Numbered from the whole stretch's first letter, positions 28,314 through 40,142 are shown. The stretch is 55,336 nt of DNA, filler included, from Dirinaria sp. TL-2023a (GCA_051941275.1; 4 parts of 4 records of this genome joined end to end with filler, not necessarily neighbours in it); one strand, 5' to 3'. Numbers and translations are program-made. The notes: a model not told the origin generated them from the sequence alone.

Positions 28314-29934
28314 TTAGAAACCTTTGCCACGCTCGGATTGCAGCATCGCATTCGGCGGTCTCGACGGCGAAGAACCGTCCGGATCCGAAACCGAAGAAGT
28401 TTCCTCCACCCGCTCGAACTTGACCGTCTTCAAGATCCCTTCCCCGGTCCACAGCCTCTCGCTCGAAGCATAGTACTCCGTCGTGCCGCCCGAAACCGTG
28501 AACGAGGGCCCTTCCTGCGCCAGTCTCTTGGGAGCCAGGTACTGCCGATGCAAGGCCGGCTCGCTTGCCGCTTGCTGCTGCTGCTGCTGTCCTCCTCGTT
28601 CCTCGTAATCTGACCGGACCCTTTCGACGCCCGTGCGGCTGCGGCTTCGGCCGACGACTTCGAGTTCGTGATAGGTCGACGATGTGGACATTGCTTTCCT
28701 CGCCGACTTGAAGATGTGCTTGTAGAAAGCGGGCAGGACGGGTAATGAGCTGCAGATGATGCCCAGGCTCACCTCCCCAAGTCTAAAATGTCAGGAAACA
28801 GGCACGGCAGGTGAACAGGGGTAAGGGACCCACATTAAGAGCGCCAAGATCGTCCCACTGAAAGTAACGTCGTCTGGATTCAGGATTTGAACCTCTACGA
28901 CGAATGCAACTATCGCCGAAAAAGCTCTGTTTCGCTGTCAGTCACCACGGCGGTTTTTTCGAATAGTGATGATTGGGGTAATCTACGCACGCTATGCCGC
29001 TAGCGAAGATCATCAGGATCTGCATCTTCTTCCTCCGTGAGATTTGGAGCGCCAAAACCAAAGGAACTGGGAGCAGGAGAATATTCAGATCTATGACGAG
29101 ATTGATGATACCATCTGCCAATAGCAGGCTGTATTCTTTGGTAAGGCATCTTCCGCTGATATCTCGTTGCCAATTCTTTTGAACCGGGGTACAGTTGAGA
29201 AGCCTGATGAAGAACATTGGTACGTAATATAGCACCATCAGACCAATGAGTATACGTGCCAGAAGCACTGCTTTGTGATGTGGTCTGAAAACTCGGGCGA
29301 CGAGGAAGAGGATCGACGCTTTGGTGAGGAATGCAGCAGGAAAGTAGATGACGCCCCCAACGTACTGAAGCTGCCCGAGCAGGTCAATCAAGGGCGCTGA
29401 GAGCAGCGTCAAACGAGTGATCAAAACTAACCCGAAGAAACGAAGTAATATCATTTGGAGGGACATCGGACACATGTAAGCCGGCACCGTGCTTGGCTAC
29501 CCAGATTAGCATCTATCAGCGAAAACTATCCCTACCTTCAAAATTCCCTCTGAGTAAATGGTTACTCACTAGCTAACATCACTGCAGATAAAATCGAACA
29601 AAATACCTGCGCTGTGCTCAGTGGGACTCTGCCAAAAAGTTGGAACACGAGGACTGACCCACGCGAGTATACATGTGTCAAAGCGAGGTCAGTCTCTGGA
29701 GCTAAAGGGGTGCAATTTTGCCAGTATCTTACAATCCTCGATCTCAAAACCAGGTTTAATATACGCCTTCGTGTATATCCTTGCTAACACAGTTGTTCCA
29801 ACGAGTATGTAGCTGAGCACTGGACACGCGATGTAGTACTTGTATAGACTATTGTGCGTATGTGGTGCAACTCCGGGCCGCAATGTGTCCCTAGCGACAT
29901 CTGCTCGCCCTTGCAGCATCGATGATGGTGACAT
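28314..29934 (-). CDS. PTH11-like integral membrane protein (fungal rhodopsin-like GPCR domain, no CFEM), 7 exons; one splice acceptor is abnormal
   Basis: ARIYTK...EDY-TCILAW, HGAGLHV, TKASIL, CTPVQKNW...GRC, DLNILLLPVP, EVSLGIICSSLP and a Ser-rich cytoplasmic tail. The exon 2 acceptor reads TG, so it may be a pseudogene. Confidence 0.8.
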
Positions 29935-32304
29935 TGTAGCATTGGATGGTGTCGGACGGTTTTTAGATAGATTGCAGTTAGTACTATGATCTATCTGTTG
30001 CCGACTGCAGAGATAGAAGTTCTTTTGGTCAAGAGAATCGATGGTAGATACAAATGACCCATGTTCCGGAGTATAGAAGTAGGCATCAGCCGGAGAATAT
30101 GGGATTGCTTTATTTCCCAAAGATCTTAAGATGTGCGCTATGGCCACGTCTTTTCAGAGCAAGGCCGCTGGGGTGTCGACACGGACAGTGGGTCGTAGCT
30201 TCCCATATTCAGCATGCCCCTCATCCCCTGCTCACCAAAGGGACTCGAACACTCTGCGGAGCGCAGGTATCGTTGCGGCAAAGACGCGTTCGTCTATCAA
30301 ATGTCACGGTAAAGATGTCGAGCTCTATGCCAATACCATCCAAGGGTGGTATTGGGGGGTGGGTCTCGGTCAGCATCGAAGCTGATCTGCCTGAAGAATA
30401 TCTTTCAACCAAACGTCAGCCTGGGCCATATTCTGGCATATCACGTGCTTCTGACTCTGCAGATCGATGCCACAAGAAGAAGACGAAAATGCAGAACAAG
30501 CTTTCGTGCTTCCGGCGCGCGGTCAAAACCGATCAGTTGTGCAATGACATGCTTCGGGGAATGTACCGCAGAGACTGCTCAATCATCCTGGGGCTAAGGC
30601 TTGCATACAAATCCATGGAACACTCTATACTTCGACTCATGCTCTAATTCTTCGATTCGTTCTCAAAAGCAGTCGGAGCACATCTTTCGAGGCCGCCATT
30701 GCAGATGTCGCAGTGGCAAAAGCACTCCGTAACTACCGATAACTTCAAGAAATGAGGGCGTTGACGTTATGCGCGCATCTCGTTGCATAACGGAAGTCGG
30801 GAACAAGATAAGAGCACGAACCCACGTAAGCGTGGAAATTGTGCTTTGCAGCATTTTCGTCTGCCTGCATCATCAAGAGCACAGAATCGCGCCCTCCATG
30901 CTGGGCCTCATCAGTGGGCCCTTTACGGAGTACTCCGTACTTTAGCTTCTTTCGCGTCTTCAGCATCGCATTCCGCAGTGTAACTTTTTTTTTTTTTTTT
31001 TTTTTTTCTAGAGCTTGCTGATCGTGAATAATCAAGATTGAGGTTAGGAGACGTGACCCTATCAGCGAATGTAGATATCGACGCCGCAGTCTGATCATGA
31101 TAAGTGCCACTACTGGGTCAATGATATACATCTGCGCGTTCAATTTGTCAAGCTCATCAAGGATCGGGTACTTAGAGTGAAGACGCATGAAATAGTGCAG
31201 TCGAGACGCTAGAGCGGGTCATAAGGTACCCAGAATTACATACATGAGGCAACGGAGGTGCCTTAGGCTTGCTCGGTCTAGCCTGTTCTATCTAGCCTTG
31301 TCGGCGAAGGTTCCGACAGGGCGAGATTTGGCATGTGCATGTGTGTTGCGAATGCGCAGTCACAAGAGAACATTCTGTTTGGTTTCGTCTTCACCTGCCA
31401 TTTCCATCCGACCTTTTGCGGTCTCATGATTGGATGTATTTCGTTCCTCTATAGCCCAAGGACGAGGTTCAAGCAAATAGCGTTTTCACGAAGTGAGGAT
31501 GAGCCGACTCACCATGAAAGTGCCCCTGTCAAATTGATAAATCGTTAAGTGATAGAAAAATGCTAGAAAAAGAACATGACTTTGCAATTCTAGTCCTGAA
31601 GCATCGAGTTGAGGAAGAAAACGTTGATAGACGACGGTAAGTAACTCCGTACCTTAGTGATAACTTCGCATGTAGAGGAAGGGAGAATTTCGAGATGCCA
31701 AAATGTCGCACTACACATGCACATGCCAACTGTCTGGAGACCTCTCATATCTTTCTTTGCCTTCTCGAATCCAAATGATCAACTAAGTTATTTTAGTCAA
31801 GATAGTTATGACCTCTTGAGAGTCAATGACTGCTCCTTATTCTATGCAGTGGCTCGAGGTAACGTATATTGTGTAAGCAGCCAGGTGCATTTGGAGGTGG
31901 ATGAATCGACTGGCAATCTGTCGACTCGACAGAGCAATTGCGAGGAGCGCCACTATAGGTGCACCACAACATGGAATGGCATATCGAGCTGATTGACAGA
32001 AAGAAAGGGATTCGAGCTTCGGTAGTGAGGGTTTGAACAAAAATATGAGCATTTGAAAATGAGTGATAGAAACCTGAAACTGCAAGTCCATCTTCGGGTA
32101 CTATCCTTGGTGTCGCAACCGGCCGACACAGTCACATACGGTAGCAAGATAAATGAACGTTCACGAGATCATTTTTCAATCTCCCGCAGGCCAAAGTCTA
32201 CACCTATTAGCCTTTTCTCAAGATCCTTGTCCCGATTTGGTCGATGTCAACCCACTGCTCTCCTTTTCGGATTGCATCTTTGCGATTGTATGGGTAATAC
32301 TCTG

Positions 32305-33366
32305 TTAAGTAAGTGCCTTGCCCGTGCCCGAGATGAAAACGACTAGTACGGTAGAGTATCTGAGCGTGCGAGATTAGCGAACTTGAGTTTCAGTGTGTGC
32401 ATAATCGAACCCGAAATTGAAGGGAAAGGGGAAGACTTACGTCGCTCCACCCAGTAGCATCTCAGTGGAAGTGGCTTTGCCTATGAGAGACAGCATAGTA
32501 AGGAATGTACTGGTAGACAAGAGAATCGTAACAATTCGCAGCTTTATACTGCTCAACGCATTGCAAATAATAACCGGGACCAAGAGAAGAAGCAGCACAA
32601 TGATCAATATCAATACCCGTGCTATTCTTATGATTAAGGAGTCAGAAAATATATGTATATGCGGGTCATTCGTTATCGGAAGCCGTGGATCCTGATATTG
32701 GCCTTTAGCGATGTTATAAATTGGGGGTTGGTTTCAAAATTTCTGTACCATCTGTAAACGTTTACAAGTCGAGATCAAACGATCTTCCACAAAGGCTAGG
32801 AGCTTGTCGATAGCTCTGTCTTTCGAAGTAGCCAGGCAAACAAGATCTCTGCCTTGCGATAAATAGGCTGTCTCGTCTCGAGCCAAGCATGCGTTACCGT
32901 CGAGCCAATGCTGAAGGCTAGTAACACCGCGCGAGGGTGCATCTTCAAGACTAAGGATTCGACGATTCCTCTCCACCAGAGTATCTCCGGATTCTGTCAG
33001 GGAAAGTTGTCAATGGGAAGCTGATATGGGACTTTACCATAATCTGCCAGGGCGATATCAATCTCAGAAAGAATCGACTCGCGCTCCCTATTCCTGTCTA
33101 AACGTCTGCACCCGAGGAATAGCGGCGACGTTTCTTCTTTATCGATGGTTTCCAGTCGCTTTTCGAGAATGCAAATTTCATCTTGCTTCACAAGTAGCAA
33201 GCGTACGCGAAGTGAAGTGAAGCGCAGACAAATATGGAAAGAATGGTCTGCTGAGATAAGGGCCGAATACTGAGGATACCCAGGCCGATAGTCCTCAACT
33301 GAGAAGCATCAACAATCAAGATCGTTCGCGAATCGACCAAGCCGCAATACTATGATTTCCGCTCAT
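32305..33366 (-). CDS. DUF6594 family protein, 5 exons
   Basis: MSGNH|IEDYRPGYPQYSALIS...RFTSLRVRLLLVKQDEI (intron 33350-33299), ALADY, SLQHWL, DLVCL, then C-terminal TM helices ending GAT|YSTVLVVFISG. Stop at 32307-32305. Confidence 0.8.
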
Positions 33367-33850
33367 GTTATGAGACTCTTCTCTGCTCTGCTGGGCGCTA
33401 CGGCTTCGCCACAGAGTACTCAGACTACGGACTCTTCTCGCAAACGTGAACGCTGGGTTGCAAGTCTGCTTTTTTCCTTGTCAAGTTGAGCCGTAGGCTT
33501 TCATCGAGTGTTTTGTTGTTTTGGCTCTGAGTGGCCCATACAATTGTCTTTGCAGTCGACCTATAGAAATATAGCTCTCGTGCAGTGACAACTTAGCCCT
33601 CGCGGCCTCTTTTAGAGAAAGCCTGAGGGCCCCTCTCCTGTGTTAGAGTAGTGTCTGGTACGAAGCCGTTTAGAAGCGTTCGCCTTACGGGCTAAAGGTG
33701 CGGCCTCAGGGTGACGTGGCATACACATCCCAAAATCCTGCCAGCACACATTCTGGAGCGAGTATTTACAGTGCGGTTCGTTCGTCCATTTTGTCAAAGC
33801 AGAACCACCCTGAGTTCAATTCTACGAAATACCTAAGTCCGCTTCTTTTC

Positions 33851-34328
33851 ATGGTAAGCGACGTTACACTTCTTTAAAATGACAGACCTACCCTATAAGA
33901 GCGACAAGAGCTTTGAATTAATCTTTGAAGGGAAATCCCGGCTACATGCACCGATCGATGGCTGGCTTCAGGTAAATGTTTGAATCGCGGCTCTGGAATC
34001 GCAGTCTTCTCAGCATTCGTTAGAACAACGCAGATCGATAAACGCAGAGACCATAAAATCGGAAGGGATGGTCGGATTATTCCATATCCCGAGGTAAATG
34101 CTTGAATCCAGAATTTGGAGTTGCAATCCTACTAGCATTGTCCAGCAAAGCAAGTTCAGACCGGATGATAGAGTCAAAGTTCGGAACCCTAGTACCGGCC
34201 TATTTGATGATGGCCCATATGTGGTATCGTCTGTACCCAGCCTTAAGAAATACATCTTGTCCACAACCGACGGTCGAATTGCCAAAGGAGGCGCGGAGAT
34301 ACCTGAAAGTGCTTTGAAAGCTGCCTAA
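33851..34328 (+). CDS. Small uncharacterised protein (88-98 aa) with an SH3/Tudor-like beta-barrel pattern
   Basis: Exons 33931(or ATG 33958)-33971, 34024-34093 and 34146-34328 splice in frame to MAGFRTTQIDKRRDHKIGRDGRIIPYPEQSKFRPDDRVKVRNPSTGLFDDGPYVVSSVPSLKKYILSTTDGRIAKGGAEIPESALKAA*. An optional ATG-only exon 33851-33853 with intron 33854-33930 adds MGNPGYMHRS. The fold call is inference. Confidence 0.65.
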
Positions 34329-34964
34329 GCACGACAAATGCTTAGCAGTCGAGCAGCAAGCGACTTTGTGTGGCATACTCACAATAACGATCGATCTAAA
34401 GGAGCAAGAACAAAATATTGTTTTCTGGTACAGTTATCATGCGAAGATCAGAAGAATTATTTGTCCCCTCCCTTGCATGCCGACATAGATTCATCTCGGG
34501 AATAGGTACAGCTTGGATAAAATGATCTTCATGGCTGCGATTATGAACGCAAGTTGAGTCCCGGTAGAAGCCAATTCACGATGATAATTGAGGTATACGG
34601 TATTTTAAAACATATTTCCTGTCAGAAGATTTTGGCAAGACCCGGGGACAGTGAGCGGCTTGAACAGATCGGATAACTTACTCTTAGGGTCATAGAACGT
34701 AGTAGGAATAGGGTGACGTAGTGTAGATACAAAGGCTCGTCCATGCCTCAAAGTCTGAGACATAACCCATTGAAACCATCAAACATCGCATTAGTACTGA
34801 AGAGACATCGCTGTCTGGCGGACGACCGACCTTGCAGATAGGTTCAAACTTCTTACTTGCAACATACATTATGAAGGCGTTTGTCTGGCGATTATGCGGT
34901 GTTGATCAGATACTACTAAGAAGGCTCTAGCCGCGAAAGGAAAGGAGCTTCGTAGTTGCTCCCA

Positions 34965-37310
34965 TCATTCTACTTCTATCTCATCTTCCTCTTCCTCAAA
35001 CTCTTCAAACTCCTCCTCATCATCATTCTCCTCCTTTTCCACCCGGTCTTGGCCTCGTCGTGCTTTATCATCATTTCTCTTACTCTCTTTTAGCAATTTC
35101 TCTCTGTGTGCTTTTCGTTTCCTCTCCCCCGCCACGAAGCTTCCAAGCGGGGTATCCTCCCATGGCAGATCCCTCAAGAAGGCATCGACCTCTTCGCGAT
35201 CCGTAGGACCGAATTTGACATCCCGTCGTTTTCCTTCGATGAATGAGCTATTGAGCTCCAATTTCTGGACTAGCAACGCGATGGCTCCATGAATCTTGGT
35301 GTTGCCACTTCGATGATGCTTTCCTTTACCTGCACCCTTGATACCGTTTGCAGATTTAGAAGAGGACACGGTGCTGGCGGATTTCAGCCATCGCTTCAGC
35401 ATCACTATGGGCGGCAGAGCAAGCTCCGGAAATGCAATATGCTTGCCCCATATATTGAAGAACTCGGCAGTTAGCTCGGAGAGCTCGCTACCTAAGCAAT
35501 CTTGGTAGACACGCGTACCAAGATATGATTTTGGCGCACGCAGAACAACGAAGAAATCGAGGGGGGCCAGGGTAGATGGTTTGGGGTTTCTTTTCGAGCA
35601 CTCGGGCGAATTAAGGACTTCGAGCAGAGAGGCGGCAAGAGGGATGAATGTGGTTGTTGCGTGGGAGATGCGGAGTAGTGCTCGCGTGAGATGGAATCGG
35701 AGAGGGAAGTAGACAGGTGTTGGGATCAGGCGAAGCGCACCAAGGGTGATTTGGACTAGAGGGTAGATTAGAGGATGAAGTGGAGAGGCTAACGCGGTTT
35801 TCAGATGAGGTCTTGTAGCTGGCGAGCAGTGGGTTGATAGGACGCGCGACCAGAAATCCAGAGCGTGCACGTATTGCCAATTGTAGATGATTTTGTAAGA
35901 GTCGCTTGTCGGGTGGTTGACCGTCTGACGAAGGTGAATTGCCAGCTGCCGAATGTAAGTGAAGCCGGTTGTATAACCAGTGTCAGCATCTAATCCCCAC
36001 AGCTCCGCTGCAGAGTTTTTCATAAGATTGATGCCGGAAAGGGTGTGGATGTTTGTGGTCCGACTACTCTTGACTAAACCTTGGTAAGCTGTTTTGAGCA
36101 CAGCTTCTCGGATGGACGGATCGCCGATCACTGCTAGGCGCCGTATGAACATGAATGCCGTTACTCGCCCTGCTTCCTCTATCGAATGGTCCGACCAAAC
36201 GTTCACACACTGTTTGCAAAGAGCTCTAAGAGATTTTTTGAAAGAGAGTATGTATGGCAACAGCTGTATCAAGGACGAGATTGTCAATTTAATAGTCGGC
36301 GAATCCGATAACGCTTCCAGAAGATGCTGAAGCGAAGCAGTATAAGATTTCAGCACAGGCGTTAGGGTACGAAACTTTTTGGAGTCGCTTGCGATGCGAA
36401 CTTTGCTGGATGAGGTTTCCTTGGCCGGTAGATGGTGGCTCAACACTGTAGGAATATGCTGCAATGCAACGATAAGTAATTGATGGTAGACTTCCGGATT
36501 GGATACAGAATATTTTTGGGGCTTTGTATCGTCCGAATTCACATAAGCTGCCGCTTTGAAGGCCAGCACTACTTCGCGCATAGCACGCAGTGAGTGCGCC
36601 TCTGAGAGGGCACTGTCCCATTTCTTCACAGTAGCAAGGTCAATCTCAGTTCCTTCGTCTTCTGCGCCCTCGTTTGATTTTACCGCTTTGCCTGTCTCTG
36701 TGCTGTTGGCTTTCTGGGGTGATTTAACCCCGTCGCTCAGTTGCCCAAGGTCATCACCTTCGTCTTCTCCGAAGTCCAGCAATTCCGCATCATTCTCTTT
36801 GAGATAGTTGTAGAATTCTGGGTCTTTCTCTGCCAATGCGTCGAGATCCCCCTGATGTGCCTCCAATGCATCTTCTTCATCCGAGCTGATATCCTTGTCG
36901 CTATCCTCAGCACCTCGTTCCATGGTTGGTATCGACTCCTCATGTTTTTGCTCCGCCTCACGTTTTGCCTTCTTAGATTTCACAGAGCTTTGGCCTTCTT
37001 CCGCAGGCCTCTTCTTGCTCTTAATGCCAGACTCCGATTCTGGAAGCTCAAAACCTCCCTGAAAGAACTCATCGACACTCATGTCCCCAAAAGGTTTTGG
37101 AGTGCCTGTCTCAATGGTCTTCGCTTTCTTGATTGCCGATTCTTGTTGGTCATGCGACACTTTGGCATTGTCTCTTGCGATTCTAGCCTTTCTCTTTTCT
37201 TTCTGTTGATGACGTTGCTTGACTTTTGCGAATTCCTTACGCCTTTCGATGGTGTGTCTAAGGTGATTCTTTTCGAACTTCTTCGTGGCCTTCTTTGCGT
37301 GTCCCGGCAT
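34965..37310 (-). CDS. NOC2: Nucleolar complex protein 2 (ribosome biogenesis), intronless
   Basis: KKATKKFEKNHL, LAEKDPEFYNYLKEND, INLMKNSAAELW, FTYIRQLAIHLR, IYNWQYVHALDFWSRVL, IAFPELALP and an acidic tail. First ATG is at 37310. Confidence 0.95.
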   Translation of the reverse strand: MPGHAKKATKKFEKNHLRHTIERRKEFAKVKQRHQQKEKRKARIARDNAKVSHDQQESAIKKAKTIETGTPKPFGDMSVDEFFQGGFELPESESGIKSKKRPAEEGQSSVKSKKAKREAEQKHEESIPTMERGAEDSDKDISSDEEDALEAHQGDLDALAEKDPEFYNYLKENDAELLDFGEDEGDDLGQLSDGVKSPQKANSTETGKAVKSNEGAEDEGTEIDLATVKKWDSALSEAHSLRAMREVVLAFKAAAYVNSDDTKPQKYSVSNPEVYHQLLIVALQHIPTVLSHHLPAKETSSSKVRIASDSKKFRTLTPVLKSYTASLQHLLEALSDSPTIKLTISSLIQLLPYILSFKKSLRALCKQCVNVWSDHSIEEAGRVTAFMFIRRLAVIGDPSIREAVLKTAYQGLVKSSRTTNIHTLSGINLMKNSAAELWGLDADTGYTTGFTYIRQLAIHLRQTVNHPTSDSYKIIYNWQYVHALDFWSRVLSTHCSPATRPHLKTALASPLHPLIYPLVQITLGALRLIPTPVYFPLRFHLTRALLRISHATTTFIPLAASLLEVLNSPECSKRNPKPSTLAPLDFFVVLRAPKSYLGTRVYQDCLGSELSELTAEFFNIWGKHIAFPELALPPIVMLKRWLKSASTVSSSKSANGIKGAGKGKHHRSGNTKIHGAIALLVQKLELNSSFIEGKRRDVKFGPTDREEVDAFLRDLPWEDTPLGSFVAGERKRKAHREKLLKESKRNDDKARRGQDRVEKEENDDEEEFEEFEEEEDEIEVE

Positions 37311-37939
37311 ACTGATGGAAAAAGGTCCCACTGAGGACTAATGCCTTTCAAGATAAGACCAGAACGATTCAATGGTATGCGCAGGACAAGACCTTGATCA
37401 TTATTGTGAAACTAGACAAGCTCGACGCCTTTCGGGTTCGACAGAAAAGTTCCCCCGAAGTTTAGCCTGAACTAACCACGTCTATGATCAACCGTGGGCC
37501 AAGCCTTTGCCGACTTTCTTCCTGTCTTGTCTTCTACCTCATACTTTGGACGAGATCACCGTGGCTACCTAAGGTACACAGTCTTTGCCCTGTATCAGTG
37601 ATCCAGCCATCTCTTTTAAACTTTCTTACCCCATGGTGAAGTATAGTACATCTCCTCATTTTGATATGCACAATATTGAGCTGGCTCATCAAACCTCTAC
37701 TCGCCCTTCTTCAGGATGGCCACGAGACGTCTAGTTTTCTTTGTTTCGCCATGCCTATTTCCCACAGAACAATGCTTTCTACCCAAGTCTCGCTTTGTTC
37801 TCTTTGTTCCATTGTGGTATATGTCAATATTGCGCCAACACACTCTACAGCATCTGTCATCAGCCTCTGATTACGCCAAAATCTGACTCACATTGAACCA
37901 TAAATTTTTCAAAATTTCATAACCCCGTAGACTGCATCA

Positions 37940-39112
37940 ATGGCTGGTGTCAGTAGTCATCCGAGTCTGAGACGTACGACAAACACGATTAGTTTTCAAC
38001 CTCAGGAAGGTCCCGCTGACACATTTCAGAGTCTGAGTCCTGCTCGAAGTAGCAAAAGCCAAGATTGCCAGAACGACTGGATAAGCAGATCCGGCATTCT
38101 AAGCTCTGATTCGTTCGGGGAAACTGATCACAGTATTACAGCCACTTGTACTGGCTCATCTACCAATATAACCCACGACAGATCCATATCTTCAACAACC
38201 TCCCACACTTCTCCAAGCTCGTCTTGGCCGAAAGACGACGAGCCCTTTCGAAAGGTGTACAAAGGCAGCAATCTTCAGACACCAGTCACGATTCCTCCCG
38301 ACCCGGAAGACATCGAATGGTCTGTACCGGCGCAGATACTACTGAAGCTGAAAAAGCATGTTCCTCAACTGTTACAGTCATTCTGCATAGTCGACATGCA
38401 GCAATATACCAAACCCGTGGTTGCTCTGACCGAGGATCTACTGCCGAAAGAAGATGCGTCCATGCAAGGGATGCCCGAGTTCACCAATGGCGAGTATTTC
38501 GGAGAAGTATGGACGATTCAATCGAAAAAAGTCGGTGGCCGCCGAGTCCATCATCTCGTCGTGTCTGGTGGCCTGATCGATCCAACAGGCGACCCTCATG
38601 CCGTCATTCAGTGCTTCTTTGCAATTCTTGAGCTTACTGCCCTGGTAGATGCAGTGCGTTACTCGCAGTGCGATGTCTGGAGCTTGGAGGGCCCTAAAAC
38701 TGATATTTGGTACGCAGTCTATCTGGAGGACATGGATGCTGCAGGTTCGCCGGTGGGGTATCGACCTCCAAAGCAGGAGGTGAGAAAAGTCTCTCGAAAA
38801 GATCAGCTTGATATAGCCGAGGATCTCATTCGGCGAATCCACAAAGATTACTTTGTCCTCCAACCATCGAGCGTTGCCGACGAAAGCTATCAGATCACCG
38901 GCTTCTCGCCCAGCTTGCTGGATATGGACATTGCGGCGATCCCTCCTCCTGATTTCTCTCGTCTATCTCATCTGCTCAAAGAAGGACGGAAATTTCATTG
39001 TGAGATAGTATGGGGCTCTGTTCGGAGGCTACACTGCCTTCCCATGTCCGGCCGAGAATCGAACTGCTGGCTTTGTTTCTTTTTGGACAGAGACCTACCG
39101 GCGGTGTGGTGA
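37940..39112 (+). CDS. Hypothetical 390-aa protein with degenerate LOV/PAS-like segments
   Basis: Uninterrupted ORF with a Ser-rich N-terminus. SFCIVD...PVVALTEDL and LIDPTG...FFAILELTALV resemble the LOV start and end. The C-terminal YFVLQP...ITGFSPSL...IVW...LHCLPM...WLCFFLD resembles the PAS-like tail of fungal RGS-LOV proteins. Confidence 0.7.
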   Translation: MAGVSSHPSLRRTTNTISFQPQEGPADTFQSLSPARSSKSQDCQNDWISRSGILSSDSFGETDHSITATCTGSSTNITHDRSISSTTSHTSPSSSWPKDDEPFRKVYKGSNLQTPVTIPPDPEDIEWSVPAQILLKLKKHVPQLLQSFCIVDMQQYTKPVVALTEDLLPKEDASMQGMPEFTNGEYFGEVWTIQSKKVGGRRVHHLVVSGGLIDPTGDPHAVIQCFFAILELTALVDAVRYSQCDVWSLEGPKTDIWYAVYLEDMDAAGSPVGYRPPKQEVRKVSRKDQLDIAEDLIRRIHKDYFVLQPSSVADESYQITGFSPSLLDMDIAAIPPPDFSRLSHLLKEGRKFHCEIVWGSVRRLHCLPMSGRESNCWLCFFLDRDLPAVW

Positions 39113-40142
39113 GTCGAATCTCCACAATGCTGTCTTTCGCGCAGCGCCTTGCCATTTAATTTCCCATTCTCCAAAACCTGATCAAATTTCCGTCATAGGC
39201 AGATGTCTCTGCTTTTATCCGTTCCATCCCCAACTCGTTATTTTTTTTTTTTTTTTCTTCCTTCATTTCTCGCAATTCCCACCATAAACCCTAGGAAATG
39301 GAAGCCAATGCCCCATCTGTATTATGCGCCCTAATCGAATTGCATATTCGAATTGCATATGTAAGGTAAGTATCCACCACTCGGTTGGGAGCCAAAACAG
39401 CCAAGGTAATGGAAATTGCCCCACTATGGTTCTTATCAGCCCTACCATACTTTACCTACAGGACCCTCTAAGGTATTGTAGTGAGGGGCACTCCATCAGT
39501 TTCACAGCCATGAGAATCCGGGGGGAACGCGACTTCCACATATTCCCCGTCCTCATGCACAGGTGACATCTGCCCACCGCTCCTTCCCCCTGGACCCTGA
39601 CCAGATATTCACACCTTTCCACCTGAAAATTCTGGAGCCATCACTGACAATAATCAATTGACAGTCATCTTACTTTCTCTTTTGCTCTCATCTCCTTTAC
39701 TTCACATCATTCTGATACGAATCATCGATCCCACCATACTCCGACAAGATGAAATCCCAGAGACGCACCATGCATGACACAGGATTGCAAAAAGTTGTTT
39801 GCTGATTCGTTCGGATCTTGGAGCTCCCTAGCTACGGCTACGGCTTGCCCCGCAGAGGATTTGGGACTTGGCGGAGGAGCTTCCTCTGCCCCACCAAAGG
39901 TACGTAAGGTTTGAAGGTAAGGTAAGTAGTCGTACCAAGGTGGGGGAGGAAAGGGAAAGGGTGAAAAGTAAGTAGGAAGGTTTTCTTGTTCTCTTTCTGT
40001 ATTTCGTTCGTTTCCTGGAGTGTGTTACATACTGAAGGTACTTTGGAAGCTGAACGGTCTAGGATTTTCTTCCAATTGCTGCTGTTGCCTTTGCGTCTCG
40101 CAAATTCTAGCTGCCAGCTAAGTCCACCCAGCTTCTATTACG

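Noticed and set aside
30745..31188. 147-aa ORF with poly-Lys, or a possible retroposed poly(A) tail near 30985-31007
   Set aside because: The poly-Lys is just the T homopolymer; no target-site duplication or retroelement body seen.
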